A stretch of DNA of 44,198 nt, from the IMG/VR virus record IMGVR_UViG_3300005527_000046, positions 64,001 through 108,198 of that record; one strand, written 5' to 3'. The notes beneath the pieces were generated by a model. It ran no database searches. It had not been told where the DNA came from and was given only the letters and a program-made list of their open reading frames with translations. Position numbers and translations under genes: made by a program. Numbering within the stretch: position 1 is the first letter of the stretch; every line of letters begins with the position of its first letter. Source of the DNA: a virus. Lineage: Duplodnaviria > Heunggongvirae > Uroviricota > Caudoviricetes. Below, one piece after another: positions 10,021 through 19,241 of this stretch.

Positions 10021-11065
10021 TTATTGTTACCTCATTTGGCTTTAATAAATATTCATTTATAAGAGGTGAAATATTAGTTGTAGGCTTTGTTATCTTGTTT
10101 CTATAACCTGTATAAGAAGATATAAAACTAGATAGTTCATTAATAATTAAAGTTTCACCAATAGATAAATTACTAAAGTAAATGTTTACTGCTTGTTTAA
10201 TATTATTAGAAATAGTAGTTATACTATCAGATATAAATGAATCAATTATTACATCAATTGATAAATCTATAGACTGATACTGAATAGGTTTAATTAATAA
10301 GAGTACTCCTAGTGGTTTGATCTCTTCTAGTTTATTTGACAGCAAATCAATAGTTAACTGATCAGAAGTATTTATATATACTGATGTATATCCAGCAGCA
10401 GGCCTTCCTTCAACAAAGTAAACATCACTTACATAATTTTGAATGATTGCTTTTATAGTAGGTAAAGTAACTACTCCTTTATTATTAATATATGTACTAA
10501 GTCTACTTCTTAGATTTTCATCACTCTCACTAGAAGATCCACCAGAAAGATATCCAACAATTTGATTATCTGTGTTTCTAAACTCTCCAACAACTATTGT
10601 TAGTTGAGGAAAATTAGGACTAGTTAAAGATACTTGTGAGAATAAATTTGCATCAAATGATTTAGTAATTGATACAATAGGAACTGTTATCTCTTTATTA
10701 AGTGGAATATTTACAGCCTTGGTAGTCTGAAAAGTTAAGAAGCCATTATTAGTTTGTAATAAAGTTCCAATGGGAATACTTAGTTGTGTTGATGATTTAA
10801 TAATAACTGAACCAAAAGCACTTGTTCCTGCTCTTCTAACTAATCCATAGTTATTTGCATATAAGTCCAATTGAGTTCCAGACACTGTTGATACTAGTTT
10901 TGTATCTATAATTTGTTGGATGACTTGTTCTTGATTAAAGCAAGTTAAAGCCATGCCTCTCATAAGAACATATAAGTTACCTGTGTTGTTTGCTGCAGTT
11001 TCTAATGGTGTGTCTCTAAACTGAATTTTTATATCTTCTAATATTTGTTCTACTGTTCTAGACAT
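10004..11065 (-). CDS. Baseplate J-like protein
   Basis: SGTQLDLYANNYGLVRRAGTSAFGSV, GGSSSESDENLRSRL, IKPLGV motifs; 353 aa. Confidence 0.9.
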   Translation of the reverse strand: MSRTVEQILEDIKIQFRDTPLETAANNTGNLYVLMRGMALTCFNQEQVIQQIIDTKLVSTVSGTQLDLYANNYGLVRRAGTSAFGSVIIKSSTQLSIPIGTLLQTNNGFLTFQTTKAVNIPLNKEITVPIVSITKSFDANLFSQVSLTSPNFPQLTIVVGEFRNTDNQIVGYLSGGSSSESDENLRSRLSTYINNKGVVTLPTIKAIIQNYVSDVYFVEGRPAAGYTSVYINTSDQLTIDLLSNKLEEIKPLGVLLLIKPIQYQSIDLSIDVIIDSFISDSITTISNNIKQAVNIYFSNLSIGETLIINELSSFISSYTGYRNKITKPTTNISPLINEYLLKPNEVTINVKSK

Positions 11066-11417
11066 TTATATTTATCCTTTGTTGAGTATTATCTGTATAG
11101 GTAATTAAATAGTTTATTGTTGATAAAGAGTCTAAAGATGCTTCTAAATTGCTAATTGGTATATTTACAAAGCTTGTTGCATCTTTTACATCAGAGCTAA
11201 TATTAGCTAATAAACTATTGTTTATATTTTCTCTAATCTTATAGTATACTGCATTTCCATATGTCTCATTTATATATGTACTGGGGCTATATTCAACTGC
11301 TATATAACCTTTAGGAGTTATAACACCCTTCTCAAATAAACTGCCAGGCGTTAGTTCTAATATTAAATCTCCATTAATATCTAGCTCTATATCACTAGAA
11401 CCTTTTATGTCATACAT
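11058..11417 (-). CDS. Baseplate gp25/GpW-like sheath initiator
   Basis: 119 aa directly upstream of J. DIELDINGDL...ETYGN pattern. Confidence 0.6.
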   Translation of the reverse strand: MYDIKGSSDIELDINGDLILELTPGSLFEKGVITPKGYIAVEYSPSTYINETYGNAVYYKIRENINNSLLANISSDVKDATSFVNIPISNLEASLDSLSTINYLITYTDNTQQRININV

Positions 11418-11426
11418 TTGCTGCCT

Positions 11427-11780
11427 CTATATTAATTTATATGCTGACTGAGGAAAGTTGATATGTACTTGTTTCTCTCCTTTTGTTAGACCTATAGTTA
11501 TTGTCTGATTATCAACAACATATAAGCCATTTTTGTAGGATATATCTACTGTGTAGTAACCTTTTACTATCTTATAATTAATAGGTATTATCCTTGGTTC
11601 TGTAGAAGTAATAATTGATTCTTCATCATAAATTAGTAATGGGTTATTACATTTAACCCACTCTAATAAAGGATTTATATCAGAGTAAGTGATCTTTATT
11701 TGCATGTTATCAGCTTGTTTTATTGCTGTTAAATATATGGCAAATCCTTCAGTTATATATTTTGTAGCTGGTATAAACAT
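11427..11780 (-). CDS. Hypothetical protein in the baseplate operon
   Basis: 117-aa ORF tightly packed between co-directional genes; no motif recognised. Confidence 0.6.
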   Translation of the reverse strand: MFIPATKYITEGFAIYLTAIKQADNMQIKITYSDINPLLEWVKCNNPLLIYDEESIITSTEPRIIPINYKIVKGYYTVDISYKNGLYVVDNQTITIGLTKGEKQVHINFPQSAYKLI

Positions 11781-11791
11781 TGTTGTTTTTC

Positions 11792-14700
11792 TTATAATAA
11801 AATGTATGAATCTAATACATAAGGAATAAGTCTATTTCCTATATCATTAGTTGTATATTGATAAAGAGAACCGCTTATTGTATCTTCTAAGACTAAGTCA
11901 ATACTTGGATCATTAATTACTGCTGTATAAACATCATTAAGTTTGTTGGATATTCTGTACTCTAATACATTTGATGTAAATTGAGAACTTAATTTATATG
12001 GCGCTAATACCTTATTTGTTATTCTGTCAGTATAATATTCTGAATATATGTTTACATAATTACCTATATTTGGGAGAGGATTATTATTAAACTTAATTAG
12101 ATTTTTATTAGATAGTTTAAATTTAATATATGTAATACCAATTTCTGTAATATCTATTGTCGCTTCTTCAGCAGTTAAAGAAAACACTTGACCACAATTA
12201 GAAGGTGTTATATTTAATACTTCTTTTCTCTTAACTGGATCAACTGTTTGTATTATTCTAGGTAAGTAGTCAATTATATCTTGTAGATCTGAATTAGATA
12301 TGTTTTGTAAAAAGGTATCCTGTTGTTTTAGAGAATCAATACAACCTAATAACTTTGCTAATTCATCTAATAAAGGAATTCCAATACCTGTTAAAGATGT
12401 AAAAATAGATCCAACAACTGAGTAGATATCTTGATCAGTTATGTTTTTCTTACTTATTAAGCCTAATACTTTAGATGCAATTGCTGTCCCTTGTGAACTC
12501 AGTACATTACTTATTCCAGGAATGCTTAATAAAGAAGAATAGTTTCCTTGTTGTACCTCATTATAGATGCTCATTGCTTGTTGTGCATAACTAATATAAC
12601 CACTTACATCTCCTCCAACTAAGGCTGCTAATCTAGTTGCATACTGCTCAGGAGTTGTTATTCTACCTGCTACTATGTCTTGAGTTAAAGATAAAGCAGA
12701 TTGTATACTAGAGTCTGGTATAGCTTGTTTAATAATATCAACATACTGGTTGTTTAATAATTCTGATATACCTGATATTTGTTCATTGTCTATTAATTCA
12801 TCGCCAAAACTAATATCACTATCTGTAATACTTTCTGGTTTAAACCAGTCTTCAGTTGTTTCACTAATTACTTCAGGTGATTGATTAGCTAAGTTTAAAG
12901 CTGTAAGAACATCAAGTATTCCCTGTCCTGGTGTTGGTGGAGTTTTTCCTATGCCAATTGCTGAAGATAAAGAACTTGATATATCATCTTGTATATTAGG
13001 TGGTTGTTGACCGCCAACTCCTTTAGGTCTTAAGGTGTTTAGAAAAGTATTGATCTGTTCAATATAACTTTTATTTTTTAATATATCTAATACTGTTTTT
13101 GAGTAGTTAGCTGAGTTATTAGTTATCTCTTGTTGTAAGTTTTTGCCAAATACATCTACTATAGAAGAAGCTTTTACAAAGTCAGTATAATTATCTTTTA
13201 TAAAACCTCTTTGACTTGTATTAAAGAAGTTAATGACTTCTGATTGTTGTAAAGCAGTTATACTTTTTACTGATTCTGTTAAAGACTGTGCAGGAGTTAT
13301 TTGACTTACATCAGAGGTAGTAACAGTTGTTGTAGTTTTATCAATAGGTCCTTCAGGAGGATCAAATACCTTATGCAATAATCCTAATCTAGCTCCATTA
13401 GTTACAGCCTTTCTATTTGTAAAGACTGTTTCTTTGGTATCTTTATCTGTCTTTGTAGTAGGTGTTGTTGTAACATCCCTATCTTTATGAGTGGACTTTA
13501 CTCCTTTTACAGCTTTGGGTTCTTGGGCTTCTGTACTGGAATCTTCTAATGCAACAGGATTATCAATTGATCCTTTGTCTTGTATAACAAGAGGATCTTC
13601 TAAAGATATTAAGATGTCTTCTTCTGGGCCATCTGATTGTTCCTCAGAAGGTCCATCAGGATTGGTTTCACTGTCTCCACCACCTTCTTCTAATCCTCCT
13701 GTGCCTAGATCTATAACATTTGCAAAGGGTAAACATTTAGCTAAAAAGTCTGCTAAACTTCCAAATGGAAACTCTGGAAGTTCTGGTATATCAATAGTTA
13801 TAGCAGGTAATTGTTCAGCTAAAAATGGAATTAAAGGGGCTATTCCTGTGCCAGCTAATATACCAAAAGGGTTGATGCTTATACCTACATTTCTATTGCC
13901 AGTGTAGGTAGTTCCATCACTAGATAGAGTGCTTTGAGTTTTACTTTGTATTGTAGTTGTTGTTGAATTTAATGCTGTATCTACAGAGGTGACACCAAAT
14001 TTAGCTACAGTTGCACCATATGTGTCAGCTTGATTAGCAATAGTTCCAGGAGTACTAGTTGTTATATTTCCTGTAGATAATATCTTAATACTACCTCCAG
14101 TATTTAAGTCTGATATAGGATTACTTATGTCATCAGTGCTAGCTCCAGAAGCTACATCTTCCTTATTTGTTTGTCCAGCACCAATTATTAAATCACTTTG
14201 AGTTATTAAACTTGTGCTTCCTTTACTGCCAAACAAGCTACTTTCAGATGTAAGTGTTGTGTGAGTATTGCTATATTGATTCTGTTCACTTGCAACTACT
14301 TGATGATCCTCTGTTGCTGTAGCTTTATTAGACTTAGAAGCAATTGAAGTTGTGTTAGTAACTGCACTATGTTTATTACTTAAAGACTTTAATTCTTGAT
14401 CACTAACTAATATTCTTTCCTTAGTCTTAGTAAAATCTGTATCACTAAAATTTATAGAGGTTGCTGCATTTGTTACACTTACATTAGTAGTAGTACTAAT
14501 AGAAGGACTTTTAGTTGATATACCCATATCTGCTGTTGTATTAATAGCGCCTGTAACAGTATTAACAGCAGTAGTACTTATAAAATTAATTGCTCCACTA
14601 TAATTAGTTATCTCTGTCATTGCAGCAGCACTAGCAGCAAAGTCTTTTACACCTTCTGTTACTTTCTTAGAAGAGTCTTTGAAAGCAGCAGAATCAGGCG

Positions 14701-14959
14701 CTGCCTTTTTAGTAGCATCAACAACTTTCTTATCCGCTTTAACTTTAGTAGATGTTTCTTTTACATCTTTTACTATTTCAGATGCATTGTTTTCTATTGT
14801 TGATAGCCACTCCTTAGAAGAATGAAGTAAGAAGTTATCATATGTAACATTACTCTTTTCTTGGGTTGTAGCAGATGTGTTATCAGATGCTTTAGTTACT
14901 TCATTATAAACCGTTCCATCAAAGGTTATTTCACTTAAATCATTAAAGTTTATTGTCAT
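11792..14959 (-). CDS. Large tail-tip protein; Thr/Ser-rich, possibly beta-helical spike N-half, acidic linker, helical C-half
   Basis: 1055 aa. Segments such as SKGSTSLITQSDLIIGAG and GGSIKILSTGNITTSTPGTI resemble spike beta-helix strands. Acidic linker GLEEGGGDSETNPDGPSEEQSDGPEED. Confidence 0.4.
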   Translation of the reverse strand: MTINFNDLSEITFDGTVYNEVTKASDNTSATTQEKSNVTYDNFLLHSSKEWLSTIENNASEIVKDVKETSTKVKADKKVVDATKKAAPDSAAFKDSSKKVTEGVKDFAASAAAMTEITNYSGAINFISTTAVNTVTGAINTTADMGISTKSPSISTTTNVSVTNAATSINFSDTDFTKTKERILVSDQELKSLSNKHSAVTNTTSIASKSNKATATEDHQVVASEQNQYSNTHTTLTSESSLFGSKGSTSLITQSDLIIGAGQTNKEDVASGASTDDISNPISDLNTGGSIKILSTGNITTSTPGTIANQADTYGATVAKFGVTSVDTALNSTTTTIQSKTQSTLSSDGTTYTGNRNVGISINPFGILAGTGIAPLIPFLAEQLPAITIDIPELPEFPFGSLADFLAKCLPFANVIDLGTGGLEEGGGDSETNPDGPSEEQSDGPEEDILISLEDPLVIQDKGSIDNPVALEDSSTEAQEPKAVKGVKSTHKDRDVTTTPTTKTDKDTKETVFTNRKAVTNGARLGLLHKVFDPPEGPIDKTTTTVTTSDVSQITPAQSLTESVKSITALQQSEVINFFNTSQRGFIKDNYTDFVKASSIVDVFGKNLQQEITNNSANYSKTVLDILKNKSYIEQINTFLNTLRPKGVGGQQPPNIQDDISSSLSSAIGIGKTPPTPGQGILDVLTALNLANQSPEVISETTEDWFKPESITDSDISFGDELIDNEQISGISELLNNQYVDIIKQAIPDSSIQSALSLTQDIVAGRITTPEQYATRLAALVGGDVSGYISYAQQAMSIYNEVQQGNYSSLLSIPGISNVLSSQGTAIASKVLGLISKKNITDQDIYSVVGSIFTSLTGIGIPLLDELAKLLGCIDSLKQQDTFLQNISNSDLQDIIDYLPRIIQTVDPVKRKEVLNITPSNCGQVFSLTAEEATIDITEIGITYIKFKLSNKNLIKFNNNPLPNIGNYVNIYSEYYTDRITNKVLAPYKLSSQFTSNVLEYRISNKLNDVYTAVINDPSIDLVLEDTISGSLYQYTTNDIGNRLIPYVLDSYILL

Positions 14960-15974
14960 ATTGTTCTATCTCATTTGTTGTAATCATTGCTAACTTTTCT
15001 CCAATACTTGAAGTTAGAGGACTAAATAATAGTAATGATGTAGCTTTATCAATTAAGTCTTCTATTCTTGTTGCATTGTTTACATAATCTATATTACATA
15101 AATAATGCGCTCTTCTTATAAGAGTTGAAGCTAGTAAAACAATAAGAGTATGTATTCCTCCTGGTCCTAATAATGCTTCATTGTAGTCATATAAAAGTTT
15201 AATTGGATCAATATAAGTCTCTTCTAGTGGTATAACTCCTATCAATTCAGGTATCTTATCTTCTTGAACTGCCTTATATATTTCCTGTAAGAAGTACATA
15301 TAATTAGTAGATAAGATTTGGAATATTAGTTCAATATGCTGATCTTTTTTAAATTGACTTAATAAGTAATTAGATCCATATTCTTTTAAATTATACTCAT
15401 TAAGTATTTTTAAATGTCTAATAACCACAGGCATTTCTGGTATCTTTCTTATAAGTTCTAATATGTAATTATATATAAATTCATCATAAAACTTATCCTC
15501 ATTTACAATAGCTTCTAATAAGTCTTTATAGTTAGGATATAGTTTTAATAGACATAAATTAGCATAATAACTTTGCTCAGAAGGACTTAAATAAGAAGCG
15601 TTTTTAGCTGTTATAAATCCCAAATAATAACCTAGTGAGCCATAACTTGTAATCCATCCCTTCTCATTATTAAACATTCTAATTGAGTGTTCTTTTATAG
15701 ATAAGACTTCCTTTGTGCCAATTGATTGTTCTCTAATATCATATATAGAAGGCTCAATTGTATTAATTATATTAAGAGTTAATAATACTTCTTCTAGCTT
15801 ATAAATAAGTTTATATATTCCAATAGTAGTTGTACTAGAATTAAATATATTAGTTAGTTTATAAATATTGTTAGCAGCTTCATTCATTGATATTGCTAAG
15901 TCAACTATAGTTGACTTTTGATCACCATTTAAATTAGTTGTGCTAATTGGTAAAACATTTATTGATTTATACAT
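14943..15974 (-). CDS. Hypothetical protein, predicted mostly helical
   Basis: 343-aa ORF overlapping its neighbour by 17 bp; no motif recognised. Confidence 0.6.
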   Translation of the reverse strand: MYKSINVLPISTTNLNGDQKSTIVDLAISMNEAANNIYKLTNIFNSSTTTIGIYKLIYKLEEVLLTLNIINTIEPSIYDIREQSIGTKEVLSIKEHSIRMFNNEKGWITSYGSLGYYLGFITAKNASYLSPSEQSYYANLCLLKLYPNYKDLLEAIVNEDKFYDEFIYNYILELIRKIPEMPVVIRHLKILNEYNLKEYGSNYLLSQFKKDQHIELIFQILSTNYMYFLQEIYKAVQEDKIPELIGVIPLEETYIDPIKLLYDYNEALLGPGGIHTLIVLLASTLIRRAHYLCNIDYVNNATRIEDLIDKATSLLLFSPLTSSIGEKLAMITTNEIEQYDNKL

Positions 15975-15976
15975 TG

Positions 15977-16483
15977 TTATTTAAGTTTATATGTCTTTTG
16001 ATAAAGACCCAATAAAGGATCAGCTATATTAGTGTTTAGATATATATCTATCTGTTTTAAAGCCTCATATTTATTAAAAACTACTAAACTCATATCATAT
16101 TGTTTAGGTTTAATGTCTAACAGTAAAGTTGCATCTATTTCCCATCTATTTAAATTAGCAACTAGAAATATTACATCATATACAGAATAATTGTTTTGAT
16201 ATACTACATCATTAAATAAATAATCATCTTCATCAGCCTTCATTTGTAATATATAACTAAGTACTTCTTTATACTTAGTTAATGGTGTAGTAATAAGTAA
16301 GTTAACTATAGAAGCTTTATAATCAAAGTAAACAATATTATCTACAAAGTATGTTGGAGTTAATAAAAAGTCTATTAATTGTTTCTTTTTAGGATTTAAA
16401 TTAGCTGCCCCAATTATCTTGGAAGAGTAAAAATCCCATTCAGAACAACAATTATTGAATGTGTTTGTGTCTATATAATTCAT
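15977..16483 (-). CDS. Hypothetical protein
   Basis: 168-aa operonic ORF; no motif recognised. Confidence 0.6.
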   Translation of the reverse strand: MNYIDTNTFNNCCSEWDFYSSKIIGAANLNPKKKQLIDFLLTPTYFVDNIVYFDYKASIVNLLITTPLTKYKEVLSYILQMKADEDDYLFNDVVYQNNYSVYDVIFLVANLNRWEIDATLLLDIKPKQYDMSLVVFNKYEALKQIDIYLNTNIADPLLGLYQKTYKLK

Positions 16484-16492
16484 ATGTTTAGG

Positions 16493-17638
16493 CTAAAAGG
16501 TCATACATGATTGTGGATCTATAGGATTCCCTCCTATTCTTATTTCAAAGTGAAGGTGAGGTCCTGTAGATCTTCCTGTAGTTCCACAATCTCCAATTTG
16601 CTGTCCTACTGTTACAGTTTGTCCTACACTGCATTTAATTTTATCTAAGTGTGCATATCTAGTTTCTATATTTTCTGGACTTATTATAATTACTAAATTA
16701 CCATAACCTCCATCATTCCAACTAGCATAATCTACTTTACCATTGCTAGCTGCATATACTGGTGTTCCAATAGGTGCAGCTAAATCAGTTCCTGCATGTA
16801 ATCTTCCCCATCTCTGTCCAAACCCAGAGCTAATTGTATATTCTTTCATAGGATTTCTAAGGCTAGAACATTGAGCTGTACCTTGAGCATTAACAGAAAA
16901 ACCAACACTGTTATTAGTTGCATTAGACGCTCTAACAGTTCCACCATTAGTATTAGGTCCTGTTATTGGTTGAACTGGCCCAGTTATTTTACAGCCGGGA
17001 TTACTTATTTGAAAGTTTGCTCTATATAAGTCTTCTTCTTTTATTGGTGGACAATTAATATCAGAGAAGTTGGCAGATGAATATGGTGATAAACCTGTTA
17101 AGGCAAAGGCAGCTCCAGTATTTGCTATTGGTGAATTATCATTAACAATAGGTCCTTTTGGTAGTGTTGTACCTTTTAAACTATTAACTAAATTGCAGAA
17201 GCCTTGTGCATCATATTTACTTCCTTGTCCTCCATATCTAAAGTTAGAAGATGAGTCTGGTAATGATGCCCATTCATAAGAGTTATTATCTAATGTTGCT
17301 ATACAATTACCAGCTATAACATCATTTAATGTGCCTCTATAATCAAGTAAGTATATTGCAGCTATATCTTGATCTCTAGGTTCTCTAATATCTAAAGGTC
17401 CTATTGCTGGTAGTATAGTACCATTCCAAGTATTTGGCATAAATTGATATCTACCAAAAGCAGCAGTAACCCCTCCACTAAATACTGTATCTGGATGAGC
17501 ACTACTTGAAGGTATATGAACAACACCTCCTTGAGCAGTGTAATATGTAGGAGCTTCAACAGAACTAATAGCATTTAAATAGGCTACTACATTTGCATTA
17601 CTTAAAAGCTGTCTATAATATTCCTTGTCTTTTGCCAT
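16493..17638 (-). CDS. Lambda-type lysozyme/transglycosylase fused to an M23 metallopeptidase
   Basis: N-half: SSVEA (candidate catalytic Glu), AFGRYQFMPNTW, QDIAAIYLL, EWASLP. C-half: HAGTDLAAPIGTPVYA, YAHL, STGPHLHFEIR. Confidence 0.92.
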   Translation of the reverse strand: MAKDKEYYRQLLSNANVVAYLNAISSVEAPTYYTAQGGVVHIPSSSAHPDTVFSGGVTAAFGRYQFMPNTWNGTILPAIGPLDIREPRDQDIAAIYLLDYRGTLNDVIAGNCIATLDNNSYEWASLPDSSSNFRYGGQGSKYDAQGFCNLVNSLKGTTLPKGPIVNDNSPIANTGAAFALTGLSPYSSANFSDINCPPIKEEDLYRANFQISNPGCKITGPVQPITGPNTNGGTVRASNATNNSVGFSVNAQGTAQCSSLRNPMKEYTISSGFGQRWGRLHAGTDLAAPIGTPVYAASNGKVDYASWNDGGYGNLVIIISPENIETRYAHLDKIKCSVGQTVTVGQQIGDCGTTGRSTGPHLHFEIRIGGNPIDPQSCMTF

Positions 17639-18051
17639 TATTCTAGTCCTGTATATATTGTCTTGTTAGGTATAAACTTATTAAAAGCTTTTATTAGTTT
17701 ATCTCTATCTATTAGTTCTAAGTCTGTTGATGGTGATATATCTGAATGAGTATATGTATCATTTAACTTAACATCTAAGTTAGATAATAAATAACCAATA
17801 GACATATATTGTTGATCTGTTAAACTTCCATCAGTAGATTCTAAACATATCTGATAAGCATATTTATCAACGGAATCAATACCCTCTATTTGACAGTTGG
17901 CACATGCTAATGCTTGTCTACTAGAAGGCACTAAATATGTAATATCTCCTAACTTATTTATAAAAGCATGATAACTATAAGATGCCGTTGAAATTGCTTC
18001 TAAGAAAGAAGCTGCTTCTGTTGTTGTTTGATGTAGTACTACTACTAACAT
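17638..18051 (-). CDS. N-acetylmuramoyl-L-alanine amidase (Amidase_2-like), compact and divergent
   Basis: VVVLHQT, SYHAFINKLGDI, ICLES, TDQQY, THSDI...STD. The H/H/D zinc-ligand pattern is plausible, but AWHA is replaced by ALAC. Confidence 0.75.
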   Translation of the reverse strand: MLVVVLHQTTTEAASFLEAISTASYSYHAFINKLGDITYLVPSSRQALACANCQIEGIDSVDKYAYQICLESTDGSLTDQQYMSIGYLLSNLDVKLNDTYTHSDISPSTDLELIDRDKLIKAFNKFIPNKTIYTGLE

Positions 18052-19241
18052 TATCCTTGTCCTTTAAATACTTTATATTTAGGGTCTGCTAATATCTTAT
18101 CAATTAAGTTTTGATTAATAGTTCTTTCACCACTTAATCCCTCTTTTAGTTTATAAAACAAATACATAGACTGTATTGCTTCAGGTATTTGAGTGTCTTT
18201 TAATTGATTATTCCATTGACTATAATTAATAAATTTTATAACTTCTTCATTGGATAGGGTTGTTCTTGCTTCTGAGGTATTTGTAGCTAATGTGGTTTCT
18301 TTAGGTTTGTAATCAGTAGGTACTTTTACTCCACTTACAATATTATTAGCAGCAGTTAAAGCTGTTACTGCTTGTTTAGTTGAGGTTGCTTTAGCATTAC
18401 ATTTTTTAGCACTTTCTAAGGACAGTTCATGTATCTTTTGATGTTGTTCTGCTCTATACTTAGCTGTTATAAGACTGTTACTATTTCTAGGACTATCTCC
18501 AATTTCTTTTAGTTTATTAGCGGCATCTAATGCAACCTTAGCTATCTTTGATGCTTTAGCACATTCATCTTCTTTGTCTGCAACTACAACATGATAGTAA
18601 CTACCATTAATATATTTATATTCTAACCCTCTAAAATAAGTTCCTTTATCTCCTAAGCCTGAGTCTAATTCAATTGAATTAGGTAGTGATTGCTCTTGGA
18701 CAAGTTTAGTTCTATCTTGTGATGAATTAATAATATCTGTATTTTTATATGTATCTTTATCCATCTGAGTCGCTCCAATTGCAATTTTATATGCAGATGG
18801 ATTCTGTGCTCTGTCTGGATTTATAATTGGTTGTGGTGCATAAGAATCATCAGACTGTAGCTTTCTAAGTGCTGTTCTCTTTGTATCTTTACCCATTAGT
18901 TCTTCCATGTTTCCTGGAAGAGAGATGGCACCTAATATAATTACATTGTCAAAGCCATTATATAAACAACTTACAACTACGGCATCTCCAACTTTATATG
19001 TTGCATATTCTCCAACACCATTACCAGAAAAACTTGTTGTTATTGGTATACAACCTTTAGCAACAAAGTTATTCATATTATGAATTAATACATCATATCT
19101 TTGTATTAATCCACTTTGATATTCTCCATCTTGGGAGAGATTAACTATCTCTCCCATGGCTATCCAGTTGCTCTGTACAGCCTCATATCCTTTGATATTG
19201 GTAAAGTATCCACCAGGATTAAATAGGGGGTTATCAAGCAT
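18051..19241 (-). CDS. Baseplate spike protein with a gp5/GpV-type OB-fold N-terminus
   Basis: GVGEYATYKVGDAVVVSCLYNGFDNVIILGAI, directly downstream of the hub. Confidence 0.65.
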   Translation of the reverse strand: MLDNPLFNPGGYFTNIKGYEAVQSNWIAMGEIVNLSQDGEYQSGLIQRYDVLIHNMNNFVAKGCIPITTSFSGNGVGEYATYKVGDAVVVSCLYNGFDNVIILGAISLPGNMEELMGKDTKRTALRKLQSDDSYAPQPIINPDRAQNPSAYKIAIGATQMDKDTYKNTDIINSSQDRTKLVQEQSLPNSIELDSGLGDKGTYFRGLEYKYINGSYYHVVVADKEDECAKASKIAKVALDAANKLKEIGDSPRNSNSLITAKYRAEQHQKIHELSLESAKKCNAKATSTKQAVTALTAANNIVSGVKVPTDYKPKETTLATNTSEARTTLSNEEVIKFINYSQWNNQLKDTQIPEAIQSMYLFYKLKEGLSGERTINQNLIDKILADPKYKVFKGQG

